Shown here: positions 10,332 through 19,271 of the stretch, piece by piece
Layout: every line of letters starts with the position of its first letter
Numbering within the stretch: the stretch's first letter is position 1
From: Elusimicrobiota bacterium
GTDB lineage: Bacteria; Elusimicrobiota; Elusimicrobia; UBA1565
Direction: 5' to 3'
Assembly (NCBI GenBank): GCA_043819795.1
Contig: JBDREN010000032.1
Span: forward strand, 1-42,926
Length of the DNA stretch: 42,926 nt
Position numbers and translations under genes: made by a program
The notes under the pieces: model-generated
The model's database searches: none
Told to the model about the DNA's origin: nothing
The model's input: only the letters and a program-made list of their open reading frames with translations

Positions 10332-12176
10332 CTACCGGCCCCCGCCCGCGCAGGCGCACGCGCACGCGCAGCCGGCGCAGGCGCAGCCCCCGCCGCCTCC
10401 TCCGCCCGAGCCGGAGGCCATGGACTCGATCGCGTCCATGGTGAGCTTATCGAAGGCCGAGAGGTCGACGTGCGTCGTTTTCGGGGCTCCGATCGACGAC
10501 ATGAAGGAGTCCACCGGCGAGGCGAGGGAGTCGCCGACGCTCTCCATCCTGGACGCGAAGGAGTGCGTCACGTCCGACAGGCCCACGTCGGAGGGAGCGG
10601 CGGGGGCCGGCGCGGGCGATAAGGGGACGGCCCCGCCCGCGCTCGCGGGCGCGTGATGGCCGTAGAACCATCGCGGGCGGTAGCGCCAGCCTCCGGTCTC
10701 GACCTCTTCCCAGCGCGAGCCGAAGCGCTCCTCCATGAGCATCCATCCCAGGTTGTGGTTGACGAGCTCCTCGCGCTTGCCGAGGTCCACCGCGGACTTG
10801 GCCTGGCTCCAGGCGCGCCCCACGATGCGCCGGTAGTACTCCCGCGTGCGATCGAGGTCGAAGCCCCGCATCTTCTTCTTGACGGAGCCGATGAGGCTCT
10901 TGATGGCGTCCTTGAAGTCCGCGTCGGCGACCTTCGCGGGCCGCTTCTTGAGCGCGTCCATGAACCGCCCTTCGTAGGCGTGCACGCCGACCGGGAACCC
11001 GTCGGGGCGCGTCACGGTGAGAGGCTTCGTGCGCTCGCCGTTGATGTCCACGGTGAAGGGCTCGCGCGCGACGGTCTTGAGGACCCCCTTCTTGAGCATG
11101 CCGAAAAAGACCATGCTGACGACCTTCTTGAGGGGCAGCTCCAGGAGCACCGCGGCCTCCACCGCGGTCAGCCCCCGCTTGATCTGGCCGTTCTCCACGC
11201 AGAGGTTCGCCCGGAAGTACTTCGGGCGGGGACCATGGGACCCGCGATACCACAGCCAGATCCAGAACGGGATGAAGAGCCACAGGCCCAGCTGGACCAG
11301 GGGATGCTTGTAGAAGACGTAGCTCGCCACGCCCAGGATGACGAGGAAGAGCGACCAGCCCGTGAACCGGGTCATCAGGAAGAAGAACAACCCGAAGACG
11401 AGGAAGAACGCCAGGGCGGCCCACATGCGGGCTCCCGGGTCGCCCAGCCACCAACGGATGAAGAGCTTCCAGAGCGTCATGCGCTGGATGCCGCTCACGT
11501 GCTTCTTCGGGAAGGAGACCCCGAACATATGGGGCTCCGTGAAGCGCACGTCTTGCACCCAGGCCACGGCCGGGCGGTCGCCGCGATCCGGGCGGTAGCC
11601 CTTCCAAGTGTAGGGAGGGTGTCCCTGCTGCCAGCGGATGGCCTCGGGGTCCACGCCCTCGGGCAGGACTATGGAGAGGGCCAGCTTGGTCCTGCCGACG
11701 ACGTATCGGCTCCCGAACCAGGTGGGGGTGAACCGGAAGGCGGCGTATTCCTTGTCCGTAGTGTCCTGCCAGACGAGGCCGGGCCCGACCTCCGCCACGA
11801 CCCGCACGACCCCCTCCTCGCCCGCCGCGATGGCGTTGGCCCCGAGCGGTATCTCCGGGCCGATCTCGACGTATTTGGAGGGGCTCCAGCCACCGGGGAT
11901 CACCCTGTCTCCGACCTGCGCCTTGATGACCCGGTAATCCTTGATCGGCATCCCCACGTCCACGAAGTCGATGGCGTGCGCCCCGGGCATGTTCTTGAAC
12001 GTGAAGGCGTAGTGGATCCTCGCGCTCCCGTCCGGCTCGACCAGGACGTCGCAGCTGACCCTGGGGACCGTGAACTTGTAGTCTTGGGCCGCGGCCGGCC
12101 GCGCTGAGGCGGAGGCCAAGACCAGGGCCAGGATTGCGGCGATGCGGTACAAGAGCAGGGATCGTTTCCTCATCAT
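10332..12176 (-). CDS. Exported/membrane protein (DUF2207-like architecture) with C-terminal Gly/Cys-Ala tail
   Basis: Signal peptide (AAILALVLASASARPAAAQD), extracytoplasmic beta-rich region, about 3 TM helices, GLTAVEAAVLLE motif, ends GSGGGGGGGCACAGCACACACAGGGR; ATG overlaps the upstream TGA. Confidence 0.8.
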   Translation of the reverse strand: MMRKRSLLLYRIAAILALVLASASARPAAAQDYKFTVPRVSCDVLVEPDGSARIHYAFTFKNMPGAHAIDFVDVGMPIKDYRVIKAQVGDRVIPGGWSPSKYVEIGPEIPLGANAIAAGEEGVVRVVAEVGPGLVWQDTTDKEYAAFRFTPTWFGSRYVVGRTKLALSIVLPEGVDPEAIRWQQGHPPYTWKGYRPDRGDRPAVAWVQDVRFTEPHMFGVSFPKKHVSGIQRMTLWKLFIRWWLGDPGARMWAALAFFLVFGLFFFLMTRFTGWSLFLVILGVASYVFYKHPLVQLGLWLFIPFWIWLWYRGSHGPRPKYFRANLCVENGQIKRGLTAVEAAVLLELPLKKVVSMVFFGMLKKGVLKTVAREPFTVDINGERTKPLTVTRPDGFPVGVHAYEGRFMDALKKRPAKVADADFKDAIKSLIGSVKKKMRGFDLDRTREYYRRIVGRAWSQAKSAVDLGKREELVNHNLGWMLMEERFGSRWEEVETGGWRYRPRWFYGHHAPASAGGAVPLSPAPAPAAPSDVGLSDVTHSFASRMESVGDSLASPVDSFMSSIGAPKTTHVDLSAFDKLTMDAIESMASGSGGGGGGGCACAGCACACACAGGGR

Positions 12177-13525
12177 CCCTCCGAGGTGCTGTCGCCGCAG
12201 TGCAGGACGCCGTTCTCGCGGTCGAGCGGGCAGCCGCCTCCGCACACGTCGAAGTCCGGGCAGCCGCGGCAGTCCTCCGGCACGCTGAGCCGCTCGCGGA
12301 AGTCGCGGAAGAGCGGGCTTTCCCAGATGCTCTTCCAGGGATCGCGCAGGATGTTCCCCGCGGCCTTGAAGTAGGACTGGCAGGGGAGCACGTCCCCGTT
12401 GGGCTCCACGCAGATGTTGTACTCCCCCGCCGTGCAGCGCTTGTGCCCGATGTCGAGCTCGCTGGGGTTGAACCGGCAGTACTGGGTGGGCGAGTACCAG
12501 ATGAAGCGCATCCCGTGCTCGTGCGAGCGCGAGACAACCCTCTCGAGCACGCCCTCAAGGTCCTCCTCGGGGATGCCGATGCCGCTCGTCCGGCCGCCGC
12601 CCGAGTAGATAATCGAGTTGCACGCGAAGTGCCCGACGCCGAGCCCGTGCAGGAAGTCGATGGTTCGCTCGACGTCCGGGGCGTTGAGGGTGGTCAGCGT
12701 CGTGTTCGTGACGACGTGGATGTCCGCGGCCAGGGCGTTCTTGATCCCCTCGACCGTCTCGGCGAAGGCTTTGGCGCCCACCATCCGGTCGTGGACCTCC
12801 GCGTCGTGGGACTCGATGGTGATCTGCACGTGGTCGAGGCCCGCTCCCACGAGGCGCTCCACGTACTCCTTGTCCTTGAGCCTCCGGCCGTTGGTGAGGA
12901 GCCCGGCGACCATGCCGAGGTCCTCGGCGTGCTCGATGAGCTCGACTAAGTGAGGGCTTCCGGTCGCCTCGCCGCCCGTGAAGCAGACGTGAGGGATGCC
13001 GGCGGCCCAAAGACGCTCCAAGACGGTCCGCCACTTCGCGAGGGGCAAAGACTTCATGTCCTTGTCGCGTCCGACGTAGCAATGCGAGCAGTCGTTGCCG
13101 CAGCCGTAAGTCAAGGCCAGGTCCGCGCGGAGCGGGGCCGAGACTTTGCGGCTGAAGGGCTCGGCGTCCGCGGAAGCCAGGCTCTCGAAGGGGCAGCGGT
13201 CCTCGATCTTCTCGGGAGGGAAGACGACGGCGTGGACTTTCCGGAAGTCCTCCTCCACCTGGGAGCGGTCCGCCTCGGAGTACTTCTCCCGGAGGCGGGC
13301 GTATGTGGCGTCGAGGTCGCGGCCTTCCAGGATGCAACGGGCGATGTCCATGGCGGTGGCGTTGACGTGCACCACGACGGCGGCGTTGATGATCATGACC
13401 CCGGAGCCGTCCGGCTCCTCGCGCAGGTGCACGCGGGCGAGGTAGTCGTCCTTCTCGACGCGGTAGGACTTGAGGCGCTCGGCTCCGGCGGGCTTCTTCC
13501 GGAACATGTCCAATAGGGCTACCAT
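12173..13525 (-). CDS. Radical SAM/SPASM protein with N-terminal PqqD/RRE-like domain
   Basis: CGNDCSHC, FTGGEA, LLTNGR; SPASM motifs CTAG..CVEPNGDVLPCQS and CRGCPDFDVCGGGCP; N-terminal VNATAMDIARCILEG...YARLREKY...VEEDF is PqqD-like; GGAGGAG RBS. Confidence 0.9.
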   Translation of the reverse strand: MVALLDMFRKKPAGAERLKSYRVEKDDYLARVHLREEPDGSGVMIINAAVVVHVNATAMDIARCILEGRDLDATYARLREKYSEADRSQVEEDFRKVHAVVFPPEKIEDRCPFESLASADAEPFSRKVSAPLRADLALTYGCGNDCSHCYVGRDKDMKSLPLAKWRTVLERLWAAGIPHVCFTGGEATGSPHLVELIEHAEDLGMVAGLLTNGRRLKDKEYVERLVGAGLDHVQITIESHDAEVHDRMVGAKAFAETVEGIKNALAADIHVVTNTTLTTLNAPDVERTIDFLHGLGVGHFACNSIIYSGGGRTSGIGIPEEDLEGVLERVVSRSHEHGMRFIWYSPTQYCRFNPSELDIGHKRCTAGEYNICVEPNGDVLPCQSYFKAAGNILRDPWKSIWESPLFRDFRERLSVPEDCRGCPDFDVCGGGCPLDRENGVLHCGDSTSEG

Positions 13526-13866
13526 TTGGGCTTCTCCTCCATCTGATAGGACGTCTTGCAGTACGGGCAGGTCACGAAGATGGCCCCCTCCCGCATCGCG
13601 ACGCTCTTTTCGTCGAGGGCCGCGCCGCAGCTCCGGCATTTGAGGCTCTCGAGGCCCACGTCGCCGGTGAGGTCCACCTTGTGGGTGACGTGCAGCCGAG
13701 TTTCCGGGACCCGCATACGGATCGCCGCCACGAGCCCGACGCCTCCGGCGATGATGACGCAGCCGATGACCAGGCGCGGCAGGGTGTTCGCGGAGCCGGC
13801 CGCGATCAGGAAGACGAGGCCCAGGAGCATGAGCAGGACCGCGAAAAGATAGCCGAGGAATCTCAT
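13519..13866 (-). CDS. Small two-TM membrane protein with C-terminal Zn ribbon
   Basis: Two hydrophobic helices, then CRSC...CPYC and EEKPKW; GGAGG RBS before ATG 13866. Confidence 0.8.
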   Translation of the reverse strand: MRFLGYLFAVLLMLLGLVFLIAAGSANTLPRLVIGCVIIAGGVGLVAAIRMRVPETRLHVTHKVDLTGDVGLESLKCRSCGAALDEKSVAMREGAIFVTCPYCKTSYQMEEKPKW

Positions 13867-13893
13867 AGGCGCCTCCGGGAAGCTATAGGTTAG

Positions 13894-13902
13894 ATTATAA
13901 CA
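13894..13902 (-). promoter_or_regulatory. Extended -10 promoter (TGtTATAAT) for the radical SAM/Cys-tail operon
   Basis: Minus-strand TGTTATAAT about 28 nt upstream of ATG 13866. Confidence 0.6.
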
Positions 13903-14030
13903 GACCCGCGGCGCACGCAACGACGGCCCTTCCCCATGGTCATGCGGCCCCGGATTCCGGGAAAAACACGGGCTTGGCGGGTGCCTAAGCCCGTCGTTGT
14001 GTTGTATTATAGCCATGAGAGGATACAGTC

Positions 14031-15254
14031 ATGATGACCGAGAACCAGCCTGAGGGCGCACCTGAGAACGAAGACAGCTTCGAGGAGCTGTTCAACAAGA
14101 GCTTCCAAGAGCAGGCCCGGCTCGAGCCGGGCCAGATGATCGAGGCCGTGGTCGTGAACATCACTCCGGATTGGATATTCCTAGACGTGGGCCGGAAGGG
14201 CGAGGGGTACCTGGACAAGAAGGAGATGCTCGACAAGGCCGGGAACCTGAGCGTCAAAGAGGGGGATAAAGTCCGCGCCTACTATCTGCCCGCGGCGGGC
14301 CAGGAGATGCACTTCACCACGAAGATCGGTTCGGGCCCCATCCAGCACGCGCAGCTCGAGGACGCATGGAGAAACGGCATCCCGGTGGAGGGAACGGTCG
14401 TCAAAGAGACGAAGGGCGGTTTCGAGGTCAAGATCGGCGGCGGCGTGCGCGCCTTCTGCCCCTTCTCCCAGAGCGGCCTTCGGCGGGAGGAGGACCGGGC
14501 GGGGTATATCGGCAAGTCCCTGGAGTTCAAGATCATCGAGTGCGCCGCGCGCAACGTCGTCCTTTCCCGGAAGGCCATCCTGGATAGCGAGAAGCAGGAC
14601 AAGGCCCGGGCGTTGCAGGAATCGTTGAAGGAGGGGATGAAGGTCGACGGGACCGTGACCTCCATCCAGGCGTTCGGCGCCTTCGTCGATATCGGCGGCT
14701 TTGAAGGGCTGATCCCGATCTCCGAGATCGCTTGGGACCGGACGGAGAAGGTCGAGGACAAGCTCTCGGTGGGCGAGGCCGTCGAGGTGGTCGTCAAGAA
14801 GCTGGACTGGGAGAACGGCCGGATCTCCTTCAGCCGGAAGGACGCGCTGCCCGATCCCTGGGATCGCGCCCAGGAGACCTGGGCCCTGGGATCCTATCAC
14901 AACGGGGCCGTCACCCGTCTCGCCCCTTTCGGGGCGTTCGTCGCCATGGGAGAGGGGGTGGAGGGACTCATCCATATCTCCAAGCTGGGAGCGGGCAAGA
15001 GGATCTCCCACCCGCGTGAAGTGCTCCGGGAAGGCCAGGCCGTCGAGGTGCGGGTGGAATCGGTCGACCGGGAGACGAGGAGGCTCGCTCTCTCTTTGGG
15101 GGATATCAGCCGAGGCGAGGAAGAGGACGCGGCCTTCTTGAAGGTCTACCAGGAGCGGTCGTCGGCGGCTCCCGAGAACCTGGGGACGCTTGGGGATATG
15201 CTCAAGGCGCGCATGGAGCAGGAAGGAAAGGACGAAGAAGACGAGGAGGGGTAG
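14031..15254 (+). CDS. rpsA: 30S ribosomal protein S1 family protein, short form (about 4 S1 domains)
   Basis: SFEELFNKS, IFLDVGRKGEG, AFGAFVDIGGFEGLIPISEI, PFGAFVAMGEGVEGLIHISKL repeats; C-terminal LGTLGDMLK. Confidence 0.88.
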   Translation: MMTENQPEGAPENEDSFEELFNKSFQEQARLEPGQMIEAVVVNITPDWIFLDVGRKGEGYLDKKEMLDKAGNLSVKEGDKVRAYYLPAAGQEMHFTTKIGSGPIQHAQLEDAWRNGIPVEGTVVKETKGGFEVKIGGGVRAFCPFSQSGLRREEDRAGYIGKSLEFKIIECAARNVVLSRKAILDSEKQDKARALQESLKEGMKVDGTVTSIQAFGAFVDIGGFEGLIPISEIAWDRTEKVEDKLSVGEAVEVVVKKLDWENGRISFSRKDALPDPWDRAQETWALGSYHNGAVTRLAPFGAFVAMGEGVEGLIHISKLGAGKRISHPREVLREGQAVEVRVESVDRETRRLALSLGDISRGEEEDAAFLKVYQERSSAAPENLGTLGDMLKARMEQEGKDEEDEEG

Positions 15255-15263
15255 CGCCCCTCC
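15245..15263. terminator. Hairpin at the convergent rpsA/efp junction, possible terminator
   Basis: GGAGGGG-TAGCG-CCCCTCC 7-bp stem; pyrimidine-rich tail on the minus strand but no clean U-tract. Confidence 0.35.
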
Positions 15264-15293
15264 GAAGAAAACCAGCCTCTGGAACCCGGCGCG

Positions 15294-15851
15294 CTACGCG
15301 CGCTCGATATACTCCCCGGTCGTCGTGTTGACCTTGACCTTCTCGCCGATGTCTATAAACAACGGCACCTGTATCTGGGCCCCGGTCTCGATCGTCGCCG
15401 TCTTCTTGGTGCCCTGCGCGGTATTGCCTTTTATGCCGGGCTCGGTATGCGTGATCTCATAGACGACGTTGATGGGGACCTCGACCGAAGTGAACTTATC
15501 GTCGATATAGACCCCGATGACCTCCATATTCTCCTTCATGAACTGGGCGAGATCCCCGATCGCTTCGGGCGAAAGGAACGCCTGATCGTAGGTCTCCTGG
15601 TCCATGAAATGGAAGCCGTTGCCGTCCTTGTATAGGTAGGTCTTCTGCCTGCGCGTCACTTCCACTTCGCGGAACTTCACTTCGGGCTTGATCGTCTTTT
15701 CGACGGTCGTGCCGCGCTTCATGTTCTTGATCTTCAGGCGCACGGTGGCCCCGCCCTTGCCGGGCTTGTGGTGCTGGAACCAGAGCACGGTGAAGATATC
15801 GTCTCCGTCGGCGAAGACCGTCCCGTTCTTGAAGTCGCCCGCTCGAATCAT
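15294..15851 (-). CDS. efp: Elongation factor P
   Basis: MIRAGDFKNG start, HHKPGKGGA signature, FMDQETYDQ, TEPGIKGNTA, VPLFI...GEYIERA; AAGGAG RBS. Confidence 0.97.
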   Translation of the reverse strand: MIRAGDFKNGTVFADGDDIFTVLWFQHHKPGKGGATVRLKIKNMKRGTTVEKTIKPEVKFREVEVTRRQKTYLYKDGNGFHFMDQETYDQAFLSPEAIGDLAQFMKENMEVIGVYIDDKFTSVEVPINVVYEITHTEPGIKGNTAQGTKKTATIETGAQIQVPLFIDIGEKVKVNTTTGEYIERA

Positions 15852-15936
15852 GGTTTGTCCGCTCCTTGGTATCGGATCCCGGCTCGACTGGGACTCCCTC
15901 CTCTCGCCGGGGAAATCCTGCCGCTGTGGATGCCTT

Positions 15937-15965
15937 AGTATAGCGTACCGGGAGGAGGGGGTCAA
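15937..15965 (-). promoter_or_regulatory. Sigma70 promoter of efp
   Basis: Minus strand TTGACC-17 nt-TATACT, about 85 nt upstream of the efp ATG. Confidence 0.8.
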
Positions 15966-16042
15966 TTCCGGCGGAGCGCTGGAAGACAGGAGCGTGGAAA
16001 TAGTTTAATCCCCCAGAGCAGGTCGACCGCTCGTGGGTTTGT

Positions 16043-16130
16043 GGAGGGGTGCGTGAGCGGTTGAAACGGCCGGTCTTGAAAACCGGTAGCCAGCGATCCT
16101 GGCTCGAGGGTTCGAATCCCTCCCCCTCCG
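16043..16130 (+). tRNA. tRNA-Ser (anticodon TGA), CCA not encoded
   Basis: Acceptor stem GGAGGGG/CCCCTCC plus discriminator G; anticodon arm CCGGT-CTTGAAA-ACCGG; long variable arm; T-loop GGTTCGAATCC. Confidence 0.95.
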
Positions 16131-16215
16131 CTCCTTCGCGGCACTTCTCAAACTTTCTTGAGAGGTGTCGCTCTTTTTTGGGAACCAATTCGAGGGGCCA
16201 TTCGTATATATGGGT

Positions 16216-16749
16216 ATGGTGAAGGAAGCCCCTCTGGTCCCTGCCCTTGAGATCGGTAGGCGAATATTCCTCATCCGCGGAAGGCGGGTGATGTTGGATT
16301 CTGACTTGGCCGTCATGTATGGGGTCACTACGGGGCGGCTCAACCAGCAGGTCAGGCGCAATATCAAGCGGTTTCCTGCCGACTTCATGCTCGAGTTGAG
16401 CCGGGAGGAGTTCCAGGGTTTGATGTTGCAGTCTGCAACATCAAAGAAAGGCCGCGGAGGACGGCGGAAATTGCCCTTGGCGTTTACGCAGGAGGGCGCC
16501 TCGATGCTCGCGGGGATATTGCAGAGCCCGCGGGCCATCGACGCCCATATCGCGATTATGCGGGCTTTCGTGAAATTGCGCCAGATGGTCTGTGCGCACA
16601 AGGAGCTGGCGGCCAAGCTTGCGGAGCTCGAACGGAAGATCGAGATGCACGATGAGGGTATCCGAAGCCTGTTCGAAGCCATCCGGGGACTCATGGCCCC
16701 GCCGGTCCGTCCCAGGCCAAGGATCGGATTCAAGCCGAAGTCCGAATGA
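16216..16749 (+). CDS. ORF6N domain DNA-binding protein
   Basis: IFLIRGRRVMLDSDLAVMYGV, LNQQVRRNIKRFPADFM, GGRRKLPLAFTQEG, IMRAFV; C-terminal RIGF. Confidence 0.9.
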   Translation: MVKEAPLVPALEIGRRIFLIRGRRVMLDSDLAVMYGVTTGRLNQQVRRNIKRFPADFMLELSREEFQGLMLQSATSKKGRGGRRKLPLAFTQEGASMLAGILQSPRAIDAHIAIMRAFVKLRQMVCAHKELAAKLAELERKIEMHDEGIRSLFEAIRGLMAPPVRPRPRIGFKPKSE

Positions 16750-16877
16750 GTCGCGCGGGTCATCGGACCGCGCTCCAGAAATCCGGGATGATCTCTGTGG
16801 GCCGATTTGGTCTCTTCATTATTTTGAAGCGGAATCTGTCCAGGAGGGTGAGGCCGGGAGCGGTTTGAGAACTGTTA

Positions 16878-16891
16878 CTCCCCCTCCGCCA
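16878..16891 (+). repeat. Copy of the tRNA-Ser 3' end (att-like direct repeat)
   Basis: CTCCCCCTCCGC is identical to 16120-16131 and here continues as ...CCGCCA; it precedes the second ORF6N cassette. Confidence 0.6.
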
Positions 16892-16973
16892 CTTTACGAC
16901 GCGGTTCAAAACTCTTTGAGCCGCGTTGTGCTTTTCAGGGAAACAAATCAGGGGTTCGATCGTATATATGGGT

Positions 16974-17294
16974 ATGGCGAAGGAAGCGCCCGCGAACGCA
17001 GCGTCAGAAATCGAGCGGCGTATATTCCTCATTCGCGGACATAAGGTCATGCTGGATCGGGACCTAGCGGAGCTGTATGGTGTAACGACCTTCAATCTGA
17101 ACAAGGCGGCCAAGAGGAATATCGGCCGCTTTCCATCGGATTTTATGTTCGAGCTGAACAAGGTGGAGTATCGGGCTCTAAGATTCCAGATTGGAATCTT
17201 AGAGAAGGGACGCCATTCCAAGTAATCTCCACGCGTTTTCACCGAGCAGGGCGTGGCGATGCTGTCTAGCGTCCTCCGGAGCGAACGGGCAATA
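16974..17294 (+). pseudogene. ORF6N domain pseudogene (in-frame TAA, truncated)
   Basis: IFLIRGHKVMLDRDLAELYGV...GRHSK, TAA at 17223-17225, then in-frame SPRVFTEQGVAMLSSVLRSERAI, after which homology is lost. Confidence 0.85.
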
Positions 17295-17410
17295 CCTGTC
17301 CGGGCTCGGCACTCACTATCGAGACCGGCCGCGGTTTGGATTCCCGGACTTCGCTCCGCGGTGGCGCCGCCTCCATTGTCCGGCTATAATTAGGCTCTAG
17401 GAAGCGGACG

Positions 17411-17929
17411 ATGAAAGGCAAGCGCGATCTCTACGTGATCGGGGCCGTCTTCCTGGTCCTGCTGGCGTTGTTCCTCATCACGCGCCGCTCCGGCGAGCTG
17501 CCCGGGGCGGAGTCTTTCTCCGGAGTGAAGCTCGCGGCCGTGGGCTCCTCCGAGGGCGTCGAGCTGGGATCGTGCCCCACCCCCAAATGCCTGACGGTCT
17601 ACGTGGCTCCCTGGTGCGGGGTCTGCCGGTCGTCCACGGCCCTGATCAACGGACTCAAGGCCTGGCTGGGTGAGCGCGGCGTACAGACGCGGGTGGTGGT
17701 CGGCATGGGCCAGCCCGCCGAGGTCGAGGAGTACGCCCGGGAGTTCGGCCCCGAGACCCTCGTGGACCCCGCCGGCCAGGTGCCGGTCGCGGGCGGCGTC
17801 CCGCAGTTCATCGTCTCGGACGCTTCGGGCGAGATACTGAAGCGCATGCCGGGCGTGCCGCGGATCATCAGACCCCCCATCCCCGAAGAGGATCTCAGGT
17901 CTCTGGCCGATTATTTGGGCCTTCCGTGA
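17411..17929 (+). CDS. Membrane-anchored thioredoxin-fold (TlpA-like) protein
   Basis: N-terminal TM, APWCGVC active site, GVPQF cis-Pro loop; TATAAT at 17385-17390. Confidence 0.75.
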   Translation: MKGKRDLYVIGAVFLVLLALFLITRRSGELPGAESFSGVKLAAVGSSEGVELGSCPTPKCLTVYVAPWCGVCRSSTALINGLKAWLGERGVQTRVVVGMGQPAEVEEYAREFGPETLVDPAGQVPVAGGVPQFIVSDASGEILKRMPGVPRIIRPPIPEEDLRSLADYLGLP

Positions 17930-18825
17930 AGGAGGTCGCGAAGGCGTACTGGGCCCTCGCCGCGGTCTGCCTTTTCTGGGGCATGACCTACATCGCGATC
18001 CGTATCGGCGTGCGCGACACCCCTCCGTTTCTTTTCGCCTCGACGCGATTCTTGCTCGCCGGCTGCGCCCTGCTGGGTTACGCGCTGGTGCGCGGCCAGA
18101 AGCTGCCCAAGGGCCGGGAATGGTTCGACCTGGCCGTGATCGCCTTTCTTCTTCTCGGCATGGGCAACGGGATCCTGACCTGGGCCGAGCAGTGGGTGCC
18201 CGCGGGGATCGCCTCGCTCATCATCGCGTTCATCCCGTTCTGGATGGTGGGCTTCGCGCGGCTATCCGGGGAGACGGTCACGAGGCGCGCGGTCGGCGGG
18301 CTCGCGATCGGGCTGCTGGGACTGGCCGTTCTGGTCTGGCCCGACCTGCGGATGAGCGGCCTTGACTCCGGTTTCGCGCGGGGAGCCGGGATGCTTCTTT
18401 TCGGTTCGGCCGCCTGGTCGTTCGGTTCTGTCTACGCCAAATGGCGCCAACCCAGGACGGGACCCGTCATGACGATCGCGCTGCAGCAATTCGTGGGTGG
18501 GAGCTTTCTGGGCGCCGTGGGGCTCTTCAGGGGGGAGTGGGCCATGTGGGACCCGAGCGCGGCGAGCTGGGCGGCTCTCCTTTTCTTGGTCGTGTTCGGA
18601 TCGATCGTGGGCTATAGTTGCTACATCTACTCTCTGGAGAAGCTCCCCACCGAGCGGGTGGCCATCTACGCCTACGCCAACCCGGTCGTGGCCGTGGCGC
18701 TGGGAGTCCTGCTGCTCGGCGAGCGCCTGGACGCCTACATGCTTCTGGGGACGCCTTTGGTGCTCGCGGGCATATACATCGTGAACACGGCCAGGCGCGC
18801 GCAGCGGGAGGCCGTGGTCCCTTAG
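17926..18825 (+). CDS. EamA/DMT family transporter
   Basis: FWGMTYIAIRIG, RFLLAG, YAYANPVVAVALGVLLLGE; about 10 TM helices. Confidence 0.92.
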   Translation: MKEVAKAYWALAAVCLFWGMTYIAIRIGVRDTPPFLFASTRFLLAGCALLGYALVRGQKLPKGREWFDLAVIAFLLLGMGNGILTWAEQWVPAGIASLIIAFIPFWMVGFARLSGETVTRRAVGGLAIGLLGLAVLVWPDLRMSGLDSGFARGAGMLLFGSAAWSFGSVYAKWRQPRTGPVMTIALQQFVGGSFLGAVGLFRGEWAMWDPSAASWAALLFLVVFGSIVGYSCYIYSLEKLPTERVAIYAYANPVVAVALGVLLLGERLDAYMLLGTPLVLAGIYIVNTARRAQREAVVP

Positions 18826-18877
18826 AGAGCCTAAAGAAACTTGCGTGGGCCTTGGTGAGGCTGATTTTGAGCCGCGC

Positions 18878-19264
18878 TTAATCCCACCTTTTCACGCGCT
18901 GGCGGAGCTTCTTGGTCTCGGACCTCCGCTTCTTCGCCTTCAGGATACTCTCCTTGAGCGCTCTCGGGCGCTTGCGCTTTCTTCTGCGCTCCTTTTCCGC
19001 CGCGGCGCGCCGGGCGGCGCGGGCGGCCCGCCGTCGCTCTTCGATCTTGTCCAAGAGCCTCTTCCAGGCGAGCGCGCGGTTGCGGCTCTGGCTTCTTTCC
19101 GTGTCGCAGCGGACGACGACGCCGGTGGGGAGGTGGCGCACGACCACGCAGGTCGAGACCTTGTTGACGTGCTGCCCGCCCTTGCCGCCGGAGCGGGTGA
19201 AGGTCTCCTGGACTTCATCGCGGGAGATGCCGAGGTCCCGCATGCGTCCTTCAAGCTCGTCCAT
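18878..19264 (-). CDS. Peptidyl-tRNA hydrolase of the RF-1/GGQ family (ArfB-like ribosome rescue factor)
   Basis: [27 protein letters not shown] and a highly basic C-terminal tail; no codon-recognition domains. Confidence 0.85.
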   Translation of the reverse strand: MDELEGRMRDLGISRDEVQETFTRSGGKGGQHVNKVSTCVVVRHLPTGVVVRCDTERSQSRNRALAWKRLLDKIEERRRAARAARRAAAEKERRRKRKRPRALKESILKAKKRRSETKKLRQRVKRWD

Positions 19265-19271
19265 CGCTTCT

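Noticed and set aside
10345..10390. GCGCAC/GCGCAG short repeats as a microsatellite or CRISPR-like array
   Set aside because: They simply encode the Cys-Ala repeat tail; no repeat-spacer structure or cas genes occur in the window.
10447..12558. 703-aa alternative-frame ORF over the membrane protein gene
   Set aside because: Arg/Gly/Pro-rich frame-shifted shadow; the 10332-12176 frame has the signal peptide, TM helices and coupling.
15245..15264. Hairpin whose stem equals the tRNA-Ser acceptor stem (GGAGGGG/CCCCTCC-G), as a tRNA fragment or att site
   Set aside because: Only 7-8 bp of low-complexity G/C, partly encoding the end of rpsA; chance or a terminator role is sufficient explanation.
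16043..16130. Possible tRNA-Sec given the TGA triplet and long variable arm
   Set aside because: The anticodon itself is TGA (reads UCA, Ser); tRNA-Sec has anticodon TCA and a longer acceptor stem.
17223..17225. Stop-codon readthrough or recoding in the second ORF6N
   Set aside because: The stop is TAA and the gene is also truncated about 23 codons later, which fits pseudogenisation better.
16131..17400. Intact prophage or integrative element at tRNA-Ser
   Set aside because: No integrase, transposase or phage structural genes; only ORF6N cassettes and a 12-bp repeat are present.
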